A DNA stretch of 64,000 nt from Candidatus Obscuribacteraceae bacterium (GCA_044226015.1 JBGAHS010000010.1:64001-128000); one strand, 5' to 3'. Positions 19,722-30,005 are shown, counted from the first letter of the stretch. Made by a program: numbers and translations. Notes: generated by a model from the letters alone, not told the origin.

Positions 19722-21305
19722 TTACCGCAGAGTCGGAACATTCACATAATGTGGTGAAATGTATTTGGAACTCAGTTGGGAACCTGTTCCGTCACGACAA
19801 GCGAAACTCCTTAATATTTCATCCGCAGATATTTCTGTCTGGTTGGCAATCCAATAATGCCCCAGATAAGGTTGCAGATACTTGCGGCTTATTCTCTTCC
19901 AAACAGTTTTTACTGTATTTTTAAAGTCTTCCGAAATTGCAGTTGGGAAATGTGCCAAATTGTCTATCGGTGTTTTGCACTTACGATACAAGAGTCCAGG
20001 CGCCGATTCGATGAGTCCTTCAAACTCCAACATTCCCAGCGTAAATAGAAGTTCGGATAGGTCTAGTCTCGTTGCATTCAATAGACCCTCTACGTTGGTG
20101 TAATTTCCAATCGACAGAGTTTTGAGAATCAGCTGGCGAATAGCTAATAGTTGCGTCTGAGAATCAGACAGCTCGTTGCAGAAGGTTGACTCATATGGTT
20201 CGCCACTTGGTGCTGCCGTTGACTTTTCAAATTCTTCTGCACCATTTTGTTCACCGTCAGCTTTGTCACTTGGCGTGAAATCAATCCGAAGCGTTTCCTC
20301 TTTGTCCGCATTTTCTTCGGCGCTACGATAATCTGTGTTAATCGAAGCATCGCTTTTGGATTCATCTTGGCTTTGGCTTCTGCCATACAGAGGTTCTTCC
20401 TTGTGCACAACCTGAGCTTTCGTTTCCAATTTTTGTGAGTCGAGTGAATTCTGTTTCAGAGGGGCTTCGATTTGAACTGGGTTGTTATCCATTAGCTCAT
20501 CATCGAAAGATTCAATTTCAATTTTGCCATTGAAATCATTTTCAACACCGTTGACTAAACTATCAACCCCATCGTTGACTAAACCATCAACTCCACCGTT
20601 GACTAAACTATCAACCCCATCGTTGACTAAACCATCAACTCCACCGCTGACTAAACCATCAACTCCACCCCTGACTGCCCTATCAATCTCGCCGTTGAAT
20701 TCACTGCCTATTTGGTCAAGCATGTCTTTTTCTTCCTCTTCAATAATGCTCTTTAGGTCGTTGAAGAATTCCTGATTTATCTGTAGATTGCTCGCTTCAA
20801 AAAGCTCGATAATCTTGTCTATTTCGAATTGCTCTGCACGTGGATGCTCTCGTGCTGGTGTCTCTGTACTCCTTCGTCCAAAGATTTCTGTGAATACACC
20901 AGAATACAGTTCTTTGATAGGCGTCATAAGCTCAGCAAACTTGATAGATATTTTTCTCCGCACATTTGCAGCAGTTGCTGGAGCAACAGAAAAACGCCTT
21001 GCAAGTTCTGCCGCCGAAAAAACTGCTTGTCTGAGTGAGATCCACAATGCAGCAAGCCAGGGTTTGAATTTGCGGATTCCATGAAAGGTGGTCTGCGCAA
21101 AAACTCTAACTTTTCTCAGGCATAATTGACATCGAAAGAAGTTTGGATCTTCTGATCGCTGATAACATGCTACTCCGCACTTTCTGCAAGGTGGAAGCGT
21201 CGAACCACAAATGTCTCCTAAGAAGATCTTGCAAGTTAGATCGTCAGGAAATTGAATGTCGAATTCATCCGCTAATTCAAGAAAGTGATCATTGTTGCTT
21301 GTCAT
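19722..21305 (-). CDS. IS1595-transposase-derived protein (Zn ribbon + HTH, acidic insert, winged-helix-like segment)
   Basis: CxxC...CxxC (PPCRKCG, FRCQLC), TTFHGIR..KPWLAALW, AAELARRFSVAPATA and C-terminal ISRKYLQPYL resemble IS1595 Tnp; DDE motifs and terminal inverted repeats not recognised. Confidence 0.55.
   Translation of the reverse strand: MTSNNDHFLELADEFDIQFPDDLTCKIFLGDICGSTLPPCRKCGVACYQRSEDPNFFRCQLCLRKVRVFAQTTFHGIRKFKPWLAALWISLRQAVFSAAELARRFSVAPATAANVRRKISIKFAELMTPIKELYSGVFTEIFGRRSTETPAREHPRAEQFEIDKIIELFEASNLQINQEFFNDLKSIIEEEEKDMLDQIGSEFNGEIDRAVRGGVDGLVSGGVDGLVNDGVDSLVNGGVDGLVNDGVDSLVNGVENDFNGKIEIESFDDELMDNNPVQIEAPLKQNSLDSQKLETKAQVVHKEEPLYGRSQSQDESKSDASINTDYRSAEENADKEETLRIDFTPSDKADGEQNGAEEFEKSTAAPSGEPYESTFCNELSDSQTQLLAIRQLILKTLSIGNYTNVEGLLNATRLDLSELLFTLGMLEFEGLIESAPGLLYRKCKTPIDNLAHFPTAISEDFKNTVKTVWKRISRKYLQPYLGHYWIANQTEISADEILRSFACRDGTGSQLSSKYISPHYVNVPTLR
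20548..20680 (-). repeat. In-frame 24-bp tandem repeat (GVDGLVND-like x about 5)
   Basis: ttgactaaac(t/c)atcaac units inside the IS1595-like ORF. Confidence 0.85.
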
Positions 21306-21565
21306 ATAGCTGTCCTCTGAGCTCAGTAATTTTAGAAACGTAATTACTTCGAAAAAAGTTCAATTTGTGAGCATTAAAAATTCAAAGAACAGAAATCTCA
21401 CTTACTGAAAATTCCATTCCAAAAAAAGTGTGAACCGGAACAAGAATGATGCATCAAAAGAAGTCACCATGAGCTTCACGCCACGAATGGAAGTGCCTGC
21501 GAACCCTGAGCTGCGCGTCTTATTTAAGGGAGCGGGGGCATTTTCGCTTTCGGCGGTAGAAGATT

Positions 21566-21710
21566 CAAGGCGAGCATGCCGGAAGAGAGAGAAACTCATC
21601 ACCGCTCCAAGGCGAGCATGCCGGAAGAGAGAGAAACTCATCACCGCTCCAAGGCGAGCATGCTGGGAGAGAGAAAGACTGATATCCGCTCCACGAGCAT
21701 GCTCTGGAAG
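21566..21710 (+). repeat. 42-bp tandem repeat x about 3.5
   Basis: caaggcgagcatgccggaagagagagaaactcatcaccgctc at 21566, 21608, 21650. Confidence 0.85.
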
Positions 21711-21766
21711 CTAGAGCGACTTTCATTCAGTAAGCTCTCTAGTCTAGTTCGTTGGCACTTCGCTAG

Positions 21767-22594
21767 CTACCCTCGCAATTCCATCGTGTTTCCTGATTCG
21801 TACTTATTCAGTCCAAAATAGAAAACCGCGGAGCCGATAGTTAGCATCAACAATGATCCTGCAAAACTGCAGCCTGTTAGCAAAAGCGAATGGTGTTTCA
21901 ATGCTTCAACCGGCAAAAAGCTGCAGAATCCTGCTGGAACCAGAGTATATAGCAGCAACTTCGTTCCGTCATTGAATACCGAAGGCGGATAAGTGCTGAA
22001 CGTAATCAGAGCGAAGCGCAACTGTTCGCTGAGTCCTTCAGAATTGCCAACGAAGAATCCCAAGCTTCCTACAAGCACTCCGAAGCCAACGAAGAGAATC
22101 GCAACGCTGATGCAAAGCAAGAGAAACATCATGAAACTCTCTATCGATGGATGAACAAGCAGAACATAGGCACCTATGCCAAAGACAACGTCACCCCAAG
22201 AAGTAACGTGCATTTTTCCTACGAGCAGATGAGGCAGAATTGATCGAGGATAGAGCATCCATGTATCCAGCTGACCTTTAATGATTACTGTGGAAAGAGA
22301 TATGGCATTACCCGCGATACCGTGAGCAATTCCAAATCCTGCTGCCACGACTGCCCACATCGTAACGACATCGCTGGAATTCCAGGAATCAAGCACTGCG
22401 AAACGTTCGAAAAAGTATAGCCAGAAAATGAGCCAGAAGCTATCATTTATGATCATTGCAAGCACCTGGCTTATAAAAGCCGACCGATATTCAAGTTGTG
22501 ATTTGAAATTGAAATGAATGTATGCTCTGGCCAGACTCAGATAACTCAAAAGCTTGTCTACATCTTTGTTGGATTTGAAATTTAGCGAATTCAT
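21767..22594 (-). CDS. ABC-2 family (DUF990-like) permease
   Basis: SQLEYR, IIKGQLDTWMLYPR, six TM segments; SD GGAGGTGA before ATG 22594. Confidence 0.85.
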   Translation of the reverse strand: MNSLNFKSNKDVDKLLSYLSLARAYIHFNFKSQLEYRSAFISQVLAMIINDSFWLIFWLYFFERFAVLDSWNSSDVVTMWAVVAAGFGIAHGIAGNAISLSTVIIKGQLDTWMLYPRSILPHLLVGKMHVTSWGDVVFGIGAYVLLVHPSIESFMMFLLLCISVAILFVGFGVLVGSLGFFVGNSEGLSEQLRFALITFSTYPPSVFNDGTKLLLYTLVPAGFCSFLPVEALKHHSLLLTGCSFAGSLLMLTIGSAVFYFGLNKYESGNTMELRG

Positions 22595-22606
22595 TTTACT
22601 CACCTC

Positions 22607-23404
22607 CTATCCGCCATTTACAAACACACGTCTGTTTGCGAACCTGTAGACGAAGCAAACCAGAAGCGACAGAACTACAAGTCCGAACAGCTGTTTACTT
22701 ACGATTGCCACGAATTCCGCTGATGCGGGTGCAACAAAAAGTTTCGCAGGTCCATAGGTGATCGCGGAGAACGGCAGCCATTCGACGATTTTCCGGAAGA
22801 TCTCTGGGAAGAGTGAAATTGGAAATAACATTCCGCCAAGGATCATGCTCAACCTTGAGTAGATCAGGAAGATCCCGCTCGTATCCTCAAGCCAGAATGC
22901 ACCTAGTCCAATCAAAAAACAAGCCAGAAAGTCTACAACAAAAGCAAGTGGGACTGACAAGCCGAAGAGCAGTAGACCGCTTAATGAAAGTGTTGGAAAA
23001 CCAACCAGGCAGAATGCTATAAGAGATCCAACTGTAAGATTGACAGAGAATCTCACAAGTCTCTCTCCCATGTTGTTAGCCAGGCAGTATAGGGGATATG
23101 AGAGCGGACGTTGGAGGTAGCTTATGAGTGCACCACTTCGCACGTCGAGATCAACATTCGCCGAAACGCGTGGTGCTGAAAGCTGTATTGCTTCGGTGAC
23201 CGTCAAGTACCAGATCATCTGTTCTAAGCTCAAACCTGCCAACTGCGAGCTTGCGGCGTGGATGTAAACTTGTTTCCAGAGTTGCGAAAAAATGTAGAGT
23301 ATGATTCCGAGAAAGACAACTCGGCTCATGACCTCGGTCATATAGGCGAGATTATTTCGCGCACTCAAGTAGACCACGAACAGATATTTTTTTAGCTTCC
23401 TCAT
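22607..23404 (-). CDS. ABC-2 family (DUF990-like) permease
   Basis: DVRSGALISYLQRP, LGGMLFPISLFP, WLPF; SD GGAGGTGA before ATG 23404. Confidence 0.85.
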   Translation of the reverse strand: MRKLKKYLFVVYLSARNNLAYMTEVMSRVVFLGIILYIFSQLWKQVYIHAASSQLAGLSLEQMIWYLTVTEAIQLSAPRVSANVDLDVRSGALISYLQRPLSYPLYCLANNMGERLVRFSVNLTVGSLIAFCLVGFPTLSLSGLLLFGLSVPLAFVVDFLACFLIGLGAFWLEDTSGIFLIYSRLSMILGGMLFPISLFPEIFRKIVEWLPFSAITYGPAKLFVAPASAEFVAIVSKQLFGLVVLSLLVCFVYRFANRRVFVNGG

Positions 23405-23501
23405 TTTGATCACCTCCAGTTAAGTGCACCGCTCATGGTGCTCATTGATTTGTCTGTTAGCTCTTATCTACGCGGAGTATCCTGATTTCTTGAGCATATT
23501 T

Positions 23502-23633
23502 GTGTGGATCCGGTGTGTGTGGATCCGGTGTGTGTGGATCCGGTGTGTGTGGATCCGGTGTGTGTGGATCCGGTGTGTGTGGATCCGGTGTGTGTGGATC
23601 CGGTGTGTGTGTGGATCCGGTGTGTGTGGATCC
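23502..23633 (+). repeat. 15-bp tandem repeat x about 8-9 inside the ABC operon
   Basis: gtgtggatccggtgt between the ATPase and permease genes. Confidence 0.92.
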
Positions 23634-23699
23634 GATTGGTCTTCGGAAAACTCGGATTTTGTAGGATCCGAATTCTCCTGTAAGACTCTCGTTGCGTTT

Positions 23700-24677
23700 T
23701 CATGAAGCCAGATTTGTAGAATCTGATTTCTCTTGAGAATAGATGTGAGCTATCACGTCTTCTAACGGAGGGTCATCGATGCTTATGTCTGCAACTTCAC
23801 CTTGTTTGAGCATGAGCCCAACAAGGTCGGCCACAGGCAGTTTGCGGGTATCAACCTCATATCTTTGCTTATTTGTGAAAGAATCTAATAAGCGCAGACC
23901 TTCAAGCTCCAGTGTCGGCTGAGCCTCGTGAAAAACGACACAAAGGACTCGGCTGCTGAGATATTCCTTTCGGACGTTCTCGACCGAATCGTCCAGCACG
24001 AGCTGACCATGGTTGATCACCACTACTCTTTCGGAAACGGCTTCGATATCGCCTGCATCGTGGCTAGTCAAAAACACAGTTAGTCCTTCTTCTCTGTGCC
24101 ATTGACGGATGATTTGTCTCAGTTCTTGTCGTGCCACCACATCGAGTCCGATGCTTGGCTCGTCAAGAAAAAGCAACTCAGGCTTGTGCAATAGACTAGC
24201 AGCTATTTCCGCTCTCATGCGTTGACCTAGTGACAGTTTCCTTACTGGTACATCGAAAAATTCTCCGATAGATAATCGCTCAACCAGCTCATCTCGGCGC
24301 TTCTGGTAGTCGACCTTTGGTATCTCATATACATGTGCCAACAGATCGAAGCTATCCCTGGCGGGCAGGTGATACCAAAGTTGAGAACGCTGTCCAAAAA
24401 CAGAGCCAATTTTATGAGCGAGCTTTTGACGCTGTTCCCATGGTCTAAGCCCGAGAACGCTCGCCTCCCCTGAAGAAGGGCGAAGGACGCCAGTCAGCAT
24501 TTTTATCATGGTTGATTTGCCGGCACCATTAGGTCCAATCAGTGCAAGCGATTGTCCGGTTGGAACGGAAAGCGACACTTCATCGACAGCGATTACTTCT
24601 TTCTTTGTGCGACGAAATCCACTGCCAAGCTTTAACTCAAAGACTTTTCTAAGTTTATTTACTACCACGGCGTTCAC
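23700..24677 (-). CDS. ABC transporter ATP-binding protein
   Basis: GPNGAGKST, LSLGQRMR, LFLDEP, LTSH; SD AAGGAGGTGA before GTG 24677. Confidence 0.92.
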   Translation of the reverse strand: MNAVVVNKLRKVFELKLGSGFRRTKKEVIAVDEVSLSVPTGQSLALIGPNGAGKSTMIKMLTGVLRPSSGEASVLGLRPWEQRQKLAHKIGSVFGQRSQLWYHLPARDSFDLLAHVYEIPKVDYQKRRDELVERLSIGEFFDVPVRKLSLGQRMRAEIAASLLHKPELLFLDEPSIGLDVVARQELRQIIRQWHREEGLTVFLTSHDAGDIEAVSERVVVINHGQLVLDDSVENVRKEYLSSRVLCVVFHEAQPTLELEGLRLLDSFTNKQRYEVDTRKLPVADLVGLMLKQGEVADISIDDPPLEDVIAHIYSQEKSDSTNLAS

Positions 24678-24701
24678 GGTTTTCACCTCCTTATTTATTC
24701 T

Positions 24702-24738
24702 GAAAAAATTGAGCTCCCCTTTTTATTTGGGAGCTCAA
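24702..24738 (-). terminator. Leader (attenuator-like) intrinsic terminator upstream of the ABC operon
   Basis: Minus strand TTGAGCTCCC-10 nt-GGGAGCTCAA then TTTTTT, just 5' of the ATPase SD. Confidence 0.7.
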
Positions 24739-24769
24739 CACTGTTTGCAAAAATGATTCCTGTATCTAT

Positions 24770-24868
24770 CTAAAGATCGGTTCTTTCCAAGCATGTTGAG
24801 CCACCAGTCTCTGGCGCTGTCGCGAAGACCATTTCAATAAGGCAGTAGCTCTGTGTTTCTTTTCGCAT
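24770..24868 (-). CDS. Candidate 32-aa leader peptide (MRKETQSYCLIEMVFATAPETGGSTCLERTDL)
   Basis: Short ORF ending about 30 nt before the leader terminator and spanning a candidate antiterminator; an overlapping 36-aa ORF (24766-24876) is an alternative. Confidence 0.4.
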   Translation of the reverse strand: MRKETQSYCLIEMVFATAPETGGSTCLERTDL

Positions 24869-25036
24869 ATCTCCATTTTGCAGATATTAGACGAAGTGTC
24901 AATTGAAAATTCTCTTCTGCAACGATTTCGGTTACGGAAATTTCACGAAATGAGTTTAGTTTGGGATCGGGGCTGTATTTCTTTTGTTCGGGTTGTAATT
25001 CATTTCACCACACAGGTTGAACCCGAAGAGGACTTC

Positions 25037-25933
25037 ATGTCAGACAGAGCCGATCCAACGCCAGAAATTAAAGAGCCACAATCGCAGGTCCCAGCACTTG
25101 TTGATCTTGACCAGATGCGGGATTACTTAAGCAGTCAGGCATCGAGCGTAGGCAGTTTGAGCGCAAGAGGAGATTCCTCATCGTCCATTAGCTTTCCTCC
25201 AATTGGGGATGTCGCAAAAGATTCACGGGCATCTCGAGAGCTTGGTGCCATTTCCGATGATGTGAGCAAGTCGCGTGCGCCGGGAGAATCTAAACCGAAG
25301 CTTGCTTTGGCTCCGGGCGGTGAGCTTCTTGTGCCTCCTCTCGAGTTTGCGGCTGCAGGTGCAAGGGCTGCCGCTGAGGCAAAAGATAAGACTGATACGA
25401 ATGATAAGACTACAGATAAGCCACTAGACGTTTCAAAAGATGGCAAGATTGAGATTGGGGAAAAAGACTTTGAGCGAATCGGACCACGTGCCGCAAAGGT
25501 TCTTCGTGATGCTGGAGTTGAAAAAATTACGATTACTAAAGGTAAAGATGGTGATACCTACGAAGCTACACTGAAGAAGCCGCTTGAGATTCCGCAGGAT
25601 CCAGATGTGGATGGCTGCCGTAAACTTAAGATTGGCACTTCATTCAAGGCGGATGTTAAAAAGGGCGATGATGGTTCGTTCACTTTGAGTAATATTGAAG
25701 GACTTAAAGCTGAGTCGAAGATTCTCTTTAAGTGGCAGGACGCCAATGTTAACAAGATTCATCTGAATCAGACTCCGGACGGGAAGAGCGAAATTACATC
25801 CACTGGGTCGTGGAAGAGTTTTAGCAGAGAAAATAGCCGCGTCAAAGAGGGCGAGGTGTTTAAAACCGCCGAACTCTTATTTGGTCGTATGAAAGATATG
25901 ACGGATGCCGCAATTAAAGCTGCCGGAAAATAA
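25037..25933 (+). CDS. Hypothetical protein
   Basis: Long ORF; SD gagga before ATG 25037. Confidence 0.65.
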   Translation: MSDRADPTPEIKEPQSQVPALVDLDQMRDYLSSQASSVGSLSARGDSSSSISFPPIGDVAKDSRASRELGAISDDVSKSRAPGESKPKLALAPGGELLVPPLEFAAAGARAAAEAKDKTDTNDKTTDKPLDVSKDGKIEIGEKDFERIGPRAAKVLRDAGVEKITITKGKDGDTYEATLKKPLEIPQDPDVDGCRKLKIGTSFKADVKKGDDGSFTLSNIEGLKAESKILFKWQDANVNKIHLNQTPDGKSEITSTGSWKSFSRENSRVKEGEVFKTAELLFGRMKDMTDAAIKAAGK

Positions 25934-25949
25934 GCTCTGTTTGCTAATC

Positions 25950-26452
25950 TGCTGACGGAACGTTGGGAAGAAGAAAAACGCGAAGCGATAGCTGTTCGCG
26001 AAATTTGCTGGCGGAACGTTGGGAAGAAGAAAAACGCGAAGCGATAGCTGTTCGCGAAATTTGCCGGCGGAACGTTGGGAAGAAGAAAAACGCGAAGCGA
26101 TAGCTGTTCGCGAAATTTGCCGACGGAACGTTGGAAAGAAGAAAAACGCGAAGCGATAGCTGTTCGCGAAATTTGCCGACGGAACGTTGGAAAGAAGAAA
26201 AACGCGAAGCGATAGCTGTTCGCGAAATTTGCCGGCGGAACGTTGAGAAGAAGAAAAACGCGAAGCGATATCTGTTCGCGAAATTTGCCGGCGGAACGTT
26301 GGGAAGAAGAAAAACGCGAAGCGATAGCTGTTCGCGAAATTTGCCGGCTGAAATTTTGGGAAGAAGAAAAACGCGAAGCGATAGCTGTTCGCGAAATTTG
26401 CCGGCTGAAATTTTGGAAGAAGAAAAACGTGAAGCGATAGCCGTTCGCGAAA
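25950..26452 (+). repeat. Tandem array, about 56-bp unit x9, GCGAAGCGATAGC element family
   Basis: Unit gcgaaatttgccggcggaacgttgggaagaagaaaaacgcgaagcgatagctgttc between convergent genes. Confidence 0.95.
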
Positions 26453-26455
26453 CGC

Positions 26456-28054
26456 TCAATTAATGTGTGCGTTATCAACCAGGAGCTGCTTGACGATTTC
26501 TAGTGTGTCAGCTTCCGCAGCAGGTTTGTCCATTCGCCATCTCAGCATGCGTGGAAACCTGACCGCAATGCCTGATTTATGGCGTGGAGATTTCTGAATT
26601 CCTTCAAACGCCAGCTCAAAAACGAGCTCAGGTTTTACAGTTCTGACCGGTCCAAATTTCTCGATGGTATTTTGCCGAACGAAGTTATCTACTTTGCGGA
26701 TCTCTTCATCCGTCAAACCCGAGTAGGCTTTAGCCACCGGAACCAAACTATCATTGTCCCAAACTCCAAAAGTATAATCTGTGTAGAGACTTGCTCGTTT
26801 GCCACTTCCCCGTTGGGCGTAAATAAGCACCGCATCCATGGTGAACGGATTCACCTTCCATTTCCACCAATCACCACGCTGTCTTCCTACCTTGTAAGGC
26901 GAGCTGAGTCGCTTTAGCATTAATCCTTCAACGTTGTGCGTTCTGGATTGCTCTCGCGACTCTGCAAGTTCAGCCCAGTTTTTTGACTGCACTATAGGTG
27001 ATACCTTGAACCGGACATTGCAGTTCGTCAGTAGCTCTTCCAACCGGCGTCTGCGCACTGATAAAGGTTGTGGGCGCATATCTTCTCCCTGGAATTCAAG
27101 GAGGTCATAGACCATTACAACCACGGGAATCTCGGCCAAGATCTTCTTGGTTAGTGTTTTTCTACCAATCCGCTGCTGAAGTTGCGAAAAAGGCAAAACC
27201 TCTGCTCCGCTCCATGGCAGGATTTCGCCGTCAATTACAGTCCCGTCCGGTAATGAATTGGCGGCTTCAAGTAGCTCAGGAAATCTTTCGGATATAAGTT
27301 CCTCACCACGTGACCAAATGAAAGTTTGACCATCTCTTCTAATGAGCTGTGACCTGATTCCATCCCACTTCCACTCGGCTTGCCACTCGCTGACTTCGCC
27401 AAGATCCGTTGGATCGCCATCGAGTGGATGTGCCAAATAAAATGGATAGGGTCTGCTGATATCCGCGTCTTCAGTCTCTGCTGCAATCAAATTCTGGAAA
27501 AATTCAGGCGATGGATCCCATGTTCCCATGAGGCGGTGTGCTATCGTCGCCGCATCCACCTTATTCAGCTGTGAAAGTGCTCGAATGACTAATTGTTGTG
27601 ATACACCCACGCGAAATGCTCCAGTGAGCAACTTATTCCAGATGAATCTCTGCAAATCATCTAACTCTTGCCACGCCAGGCTAACTCTCTCGAATTGCTC
27701 TTCGTCGCTAGCTCCTTTTAACGGTAGTAGTCGTTGCTCTATCCACACGTGCAGAGAAAGATTAGTCGAAGCCACCGCAGCGGGCAAGAGAAGTGCGATT
27801 GTCTCGGCCATGTCTCCAACCGCGTCATAGGACTCTGAAAATAGCCATTCCGGAATATCAGCAATCGTGAGGGCAAACCTTACGAGCTTTGGCATTTGCA
27901 CCAGTTGCTTTTGCTTTCTCCCGGTAAGAAAGTAAACTGCCCATGCTGCATCAGCTGCTTCTGCGGCTTCAAAATATGAACGCATTGCAGCGACCTTTTC
28001 ATTGGTTTTCGTCGTCTCATCTAGGGCTTGGTACAGTAATGCAAAGTCTTTCAA
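26456..28054 (-). CDS. ATP-dependent DNA ligase (DNA-damage-response ligase type)
   Basis: EWKWDG, IDGEI, YDLL, EGLMLK, WWKWK, AQRGSGKR, AVRFPR. Confidence 0.93.
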   Translation of the reverse strand: MKDFALLYQALDETTKTNEKVAAMRSYFEAAEAADAAWAVYFLTGRKQKQLVQMPKLVRFALTIADIPEWLFSESYDAVGDMAETIALLLPAAVASTNLSLHVWIEQRLLPLKGASDEEQFERVSLAWQELDDLQRFIWNKLLTGAFRVGVSQQLVIRALSQLNKVDAATIAHRLMGTWDPSPEFFQNLIAAETEDADISRPYPFYLAHPLDGDPTDLGEVSEWQAEWKWDGIRSQLIRRDGQTFIWSRGEELISERFPELLEAANSLPDGTVIDGEILPWSGAEVLPFSQLQQRIGRKTLTKKILAEIPVVVMVYDLLEFQGEDMRPQPLSVRRRRLEELLTNCNVRFKVSPIVQSKNWAELAESREQSRTHNVEGLMLKRLSSPYKVGRQRGDWWKWKVNPFTMDAVLIYAQRGSGKRASLYTDYTFGVWDNDSLVPVAKAYSGLTDEEIRKVDNFVRQNTIEKFGPVRTVKPELVFELAFEGIQKSPRHKSGIAVRFPRMLRWRMDKPAAEADTLEIVKQLLVDNAHIN

Positions 28055-28057
28055 TGC

Positions 28058-29086
28058 TTAGCCCTCCGGTTCAGTCTCAGCTTGGAGTTCTCGCGATTCG
28101 CCTTCGAAATGTGTTTTGAAGGAACTTGCATTTAGACCATTTTCACTGAGCCACCTGACCATTTCAGCAGTGTACCCATGAGTGACTATAATCCTGTCAG
28201 CTCCAGTATTCTTGATTACATGCTGCAATTCGTTCCAATCTGCATGATCCGACAGAACAAAGCCGCGGTCAACGGATTTTCGCCGACGCGTCCCTCTTAT
28301 TCTCATCCAGCCAGAGGCGAACCCAGTAGATAATGTTCCGAATGTTCTGGTCCACGGCGTAGCTTGTGCCGATGGTGGCGCAAGAATGAGGGCGCCATCA
28401 TATTTGGTGCCACGCGGCATTGCACCAACATAAGTTGTTTCTGGAAGTTTGACACCACTATCGCGGTAGACTTGTACCAGCTTCTCAACAGCTCCATGCG
28501 AGTAGATTGGACCTATGGAGGGATCTACTCCAGCCAGTAAGCGCTGTATCTTTCCCAGCGCATAACCGTACAGAATGCTTGCTTTGCCTTGTTTTTTGTT
28601 ATTTTGCCACCATGAGTTGATGCTTTCATACACTATCGTGGGATCCGACCATCTAAAAATGGGCAGACCGAAAGTGGATTCCGTTATGAAAGTGTGGCAT
28701 TCTACGGGATCGAACGGATCGCATGTTGGGTCGAATCTGGTTTTGTAGTCGCCCGAGACAACCCAGACCTCTCCCGACTTCGCTTCGATTCGAACCTGGG
28801 AAGACCCCAGAACATGCCCAGCAGAATGAAGCGACACTCGCACTGAACCGATTTGTATTTGCGCACCATAATCAAGCGATTCAACGTTAGCGCGTTCAGC
28901 AAGTCTTGCTTTAAGCAACTTGACACCAGTAGTCGCAGTTAAGTAGGACCGATGTCCCTGCTGGGCATGGTCGGAGTGTGCGTGGGTTATTATCGCGCGG
29001 TCCACTGGAAGCCATGGATCTATATAAAAGCCTCCGTTCTCGCAGTAAAGTCCTGCCTCGGTCAACGTTATCAGGTCTGTGTTCAC
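28058..29086 (-). CDS. Ligase-associated DNA damage response exonuclease (MBL/beta-CASP)
   Basis: ITHAHSDH, AGHVLGS, SGDYK, ITESTFG, LSDHAD, VTHG; 3 bp upstream of the ligase. Confidence 0.92.
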   Translation of the reverse strand: MNTDLITLTEAGLYCENGGFYIDPWLPVDRAIITHAHSDHAQQGHRSYLTATTGVKLLKARLAERANVESLDYGAQIQIGSVRVSLHSAGHVLGSSQVRIEAKSGEVWVVSGDYKTRFDPTCDPFDPVECHTFITESTFGLPIFRWSDPTIVYESINSWWQNNKKQGKASILYGYALGKIQRLLAGVDPSIGPIYSHGAVEKLVQVYRDSGVKLPETTYVGAMPRGTKYDGALILAPPSAQATPWTRTFGTLSTGFASGWMRIRGTRRRKSVDRGFVLSDHADWNELQHVIKNTGADRIIVTHGYTAEMVRWLSENGLNASSFKTHFEGESRELQAETEPEG

Positions 29087-29303
29087 GGTTGTCTTGTCGC
29101 TTGGAAGTTCTAGAGTTGCTGAGTTAATTTATATCTGAGTTCTTAATGAATGACTTCTGCTCAAAATCTGCAAAAAGCGGTGTTATTTTGTCCGTGTGTC
29201 ATATTTTCCTACTGATGTTAGTGATTCTCTGTGAATTAACTGTGGACGAAGCGGCTTGTATCCCAAACACCTTGTAGCCCAAACACCTCAATGGAAGTAA
29301 AGC

Positions 29304-29895
29304 AAAACGCGAAGCGATAGCGGTTGGAGATTGAGCAGAACGCGAAGAGCGGGAAGCTAATCCAGTGGCAGGTGGAAAATAGAAAAACGCGAAGCGATAG
29401 CGGTTGGAGCTTGAGCAGAACACGCAGCGCGGAACAAGCTAATCCAGTGGCAGGTGGAAAATAGAAAAACGCGAAGCGATAGCGGTTGGAGAATGAGGAG
29501 AACACGAAGAGCGGGAAGCTAATCCAGTGGAAGGTGGAAAATAGAAAAACGCGAAGCGATAGCGGTTGGAGAATGAGTAGAACACGAAGAGCGGGAAGCT
29601 AATCCAGTGGAAGGTGGAAAATAGAAAAACGCGAAGCGATAGCGGTTGGAGATTGAGCAGAACGCGCAGCGCGGAACAAGCTAATCCAGTGGCAGGTGGA
29701 AAGTAGAAAAACGCGAAGGGATAGCGGTTGGAGATTGAGCGGTACGCGCAGAGAGGCAGATGCCAGTCAAGTGAGATGTGGAAAGTAGAAAAACGCGAAG
29801 CGATAGCGGTTGTAGATTGAGCAGAACGCGCAGATCAAGCAGATGACAACCAAGAGGAAGAGAAATTTAGAAAAACGCGAACCGATAGCGGTTGG
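29304..29895 (+). repeat. Tandem array, 80-82-bp unit x8, GCGAAGCGATAGC element family
   Basis: Core aaaacgcgaagcgatagcggtt at about 29304, 29383, 29465, 29545, 29625, 29707, 29789, 29871. Confidence 0.92.
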
Positions 29896-30005
29896 CGAAT
29901 TCGCCTGACGAGCTACTTTCCTGAACACACACTTAATCAAAGCTGCTGCCAAGCAGCTGTAGAATTTCAAGAGAAGTTAGCGAATCTCAGTGGTATATGC
30001 GATAG

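Noticed and set aside
19722..21305. Active IS1595 insertion sequence
   Set aside because: No terminal inverted repeats, target duplication or recognisable DDE motifs by eye.
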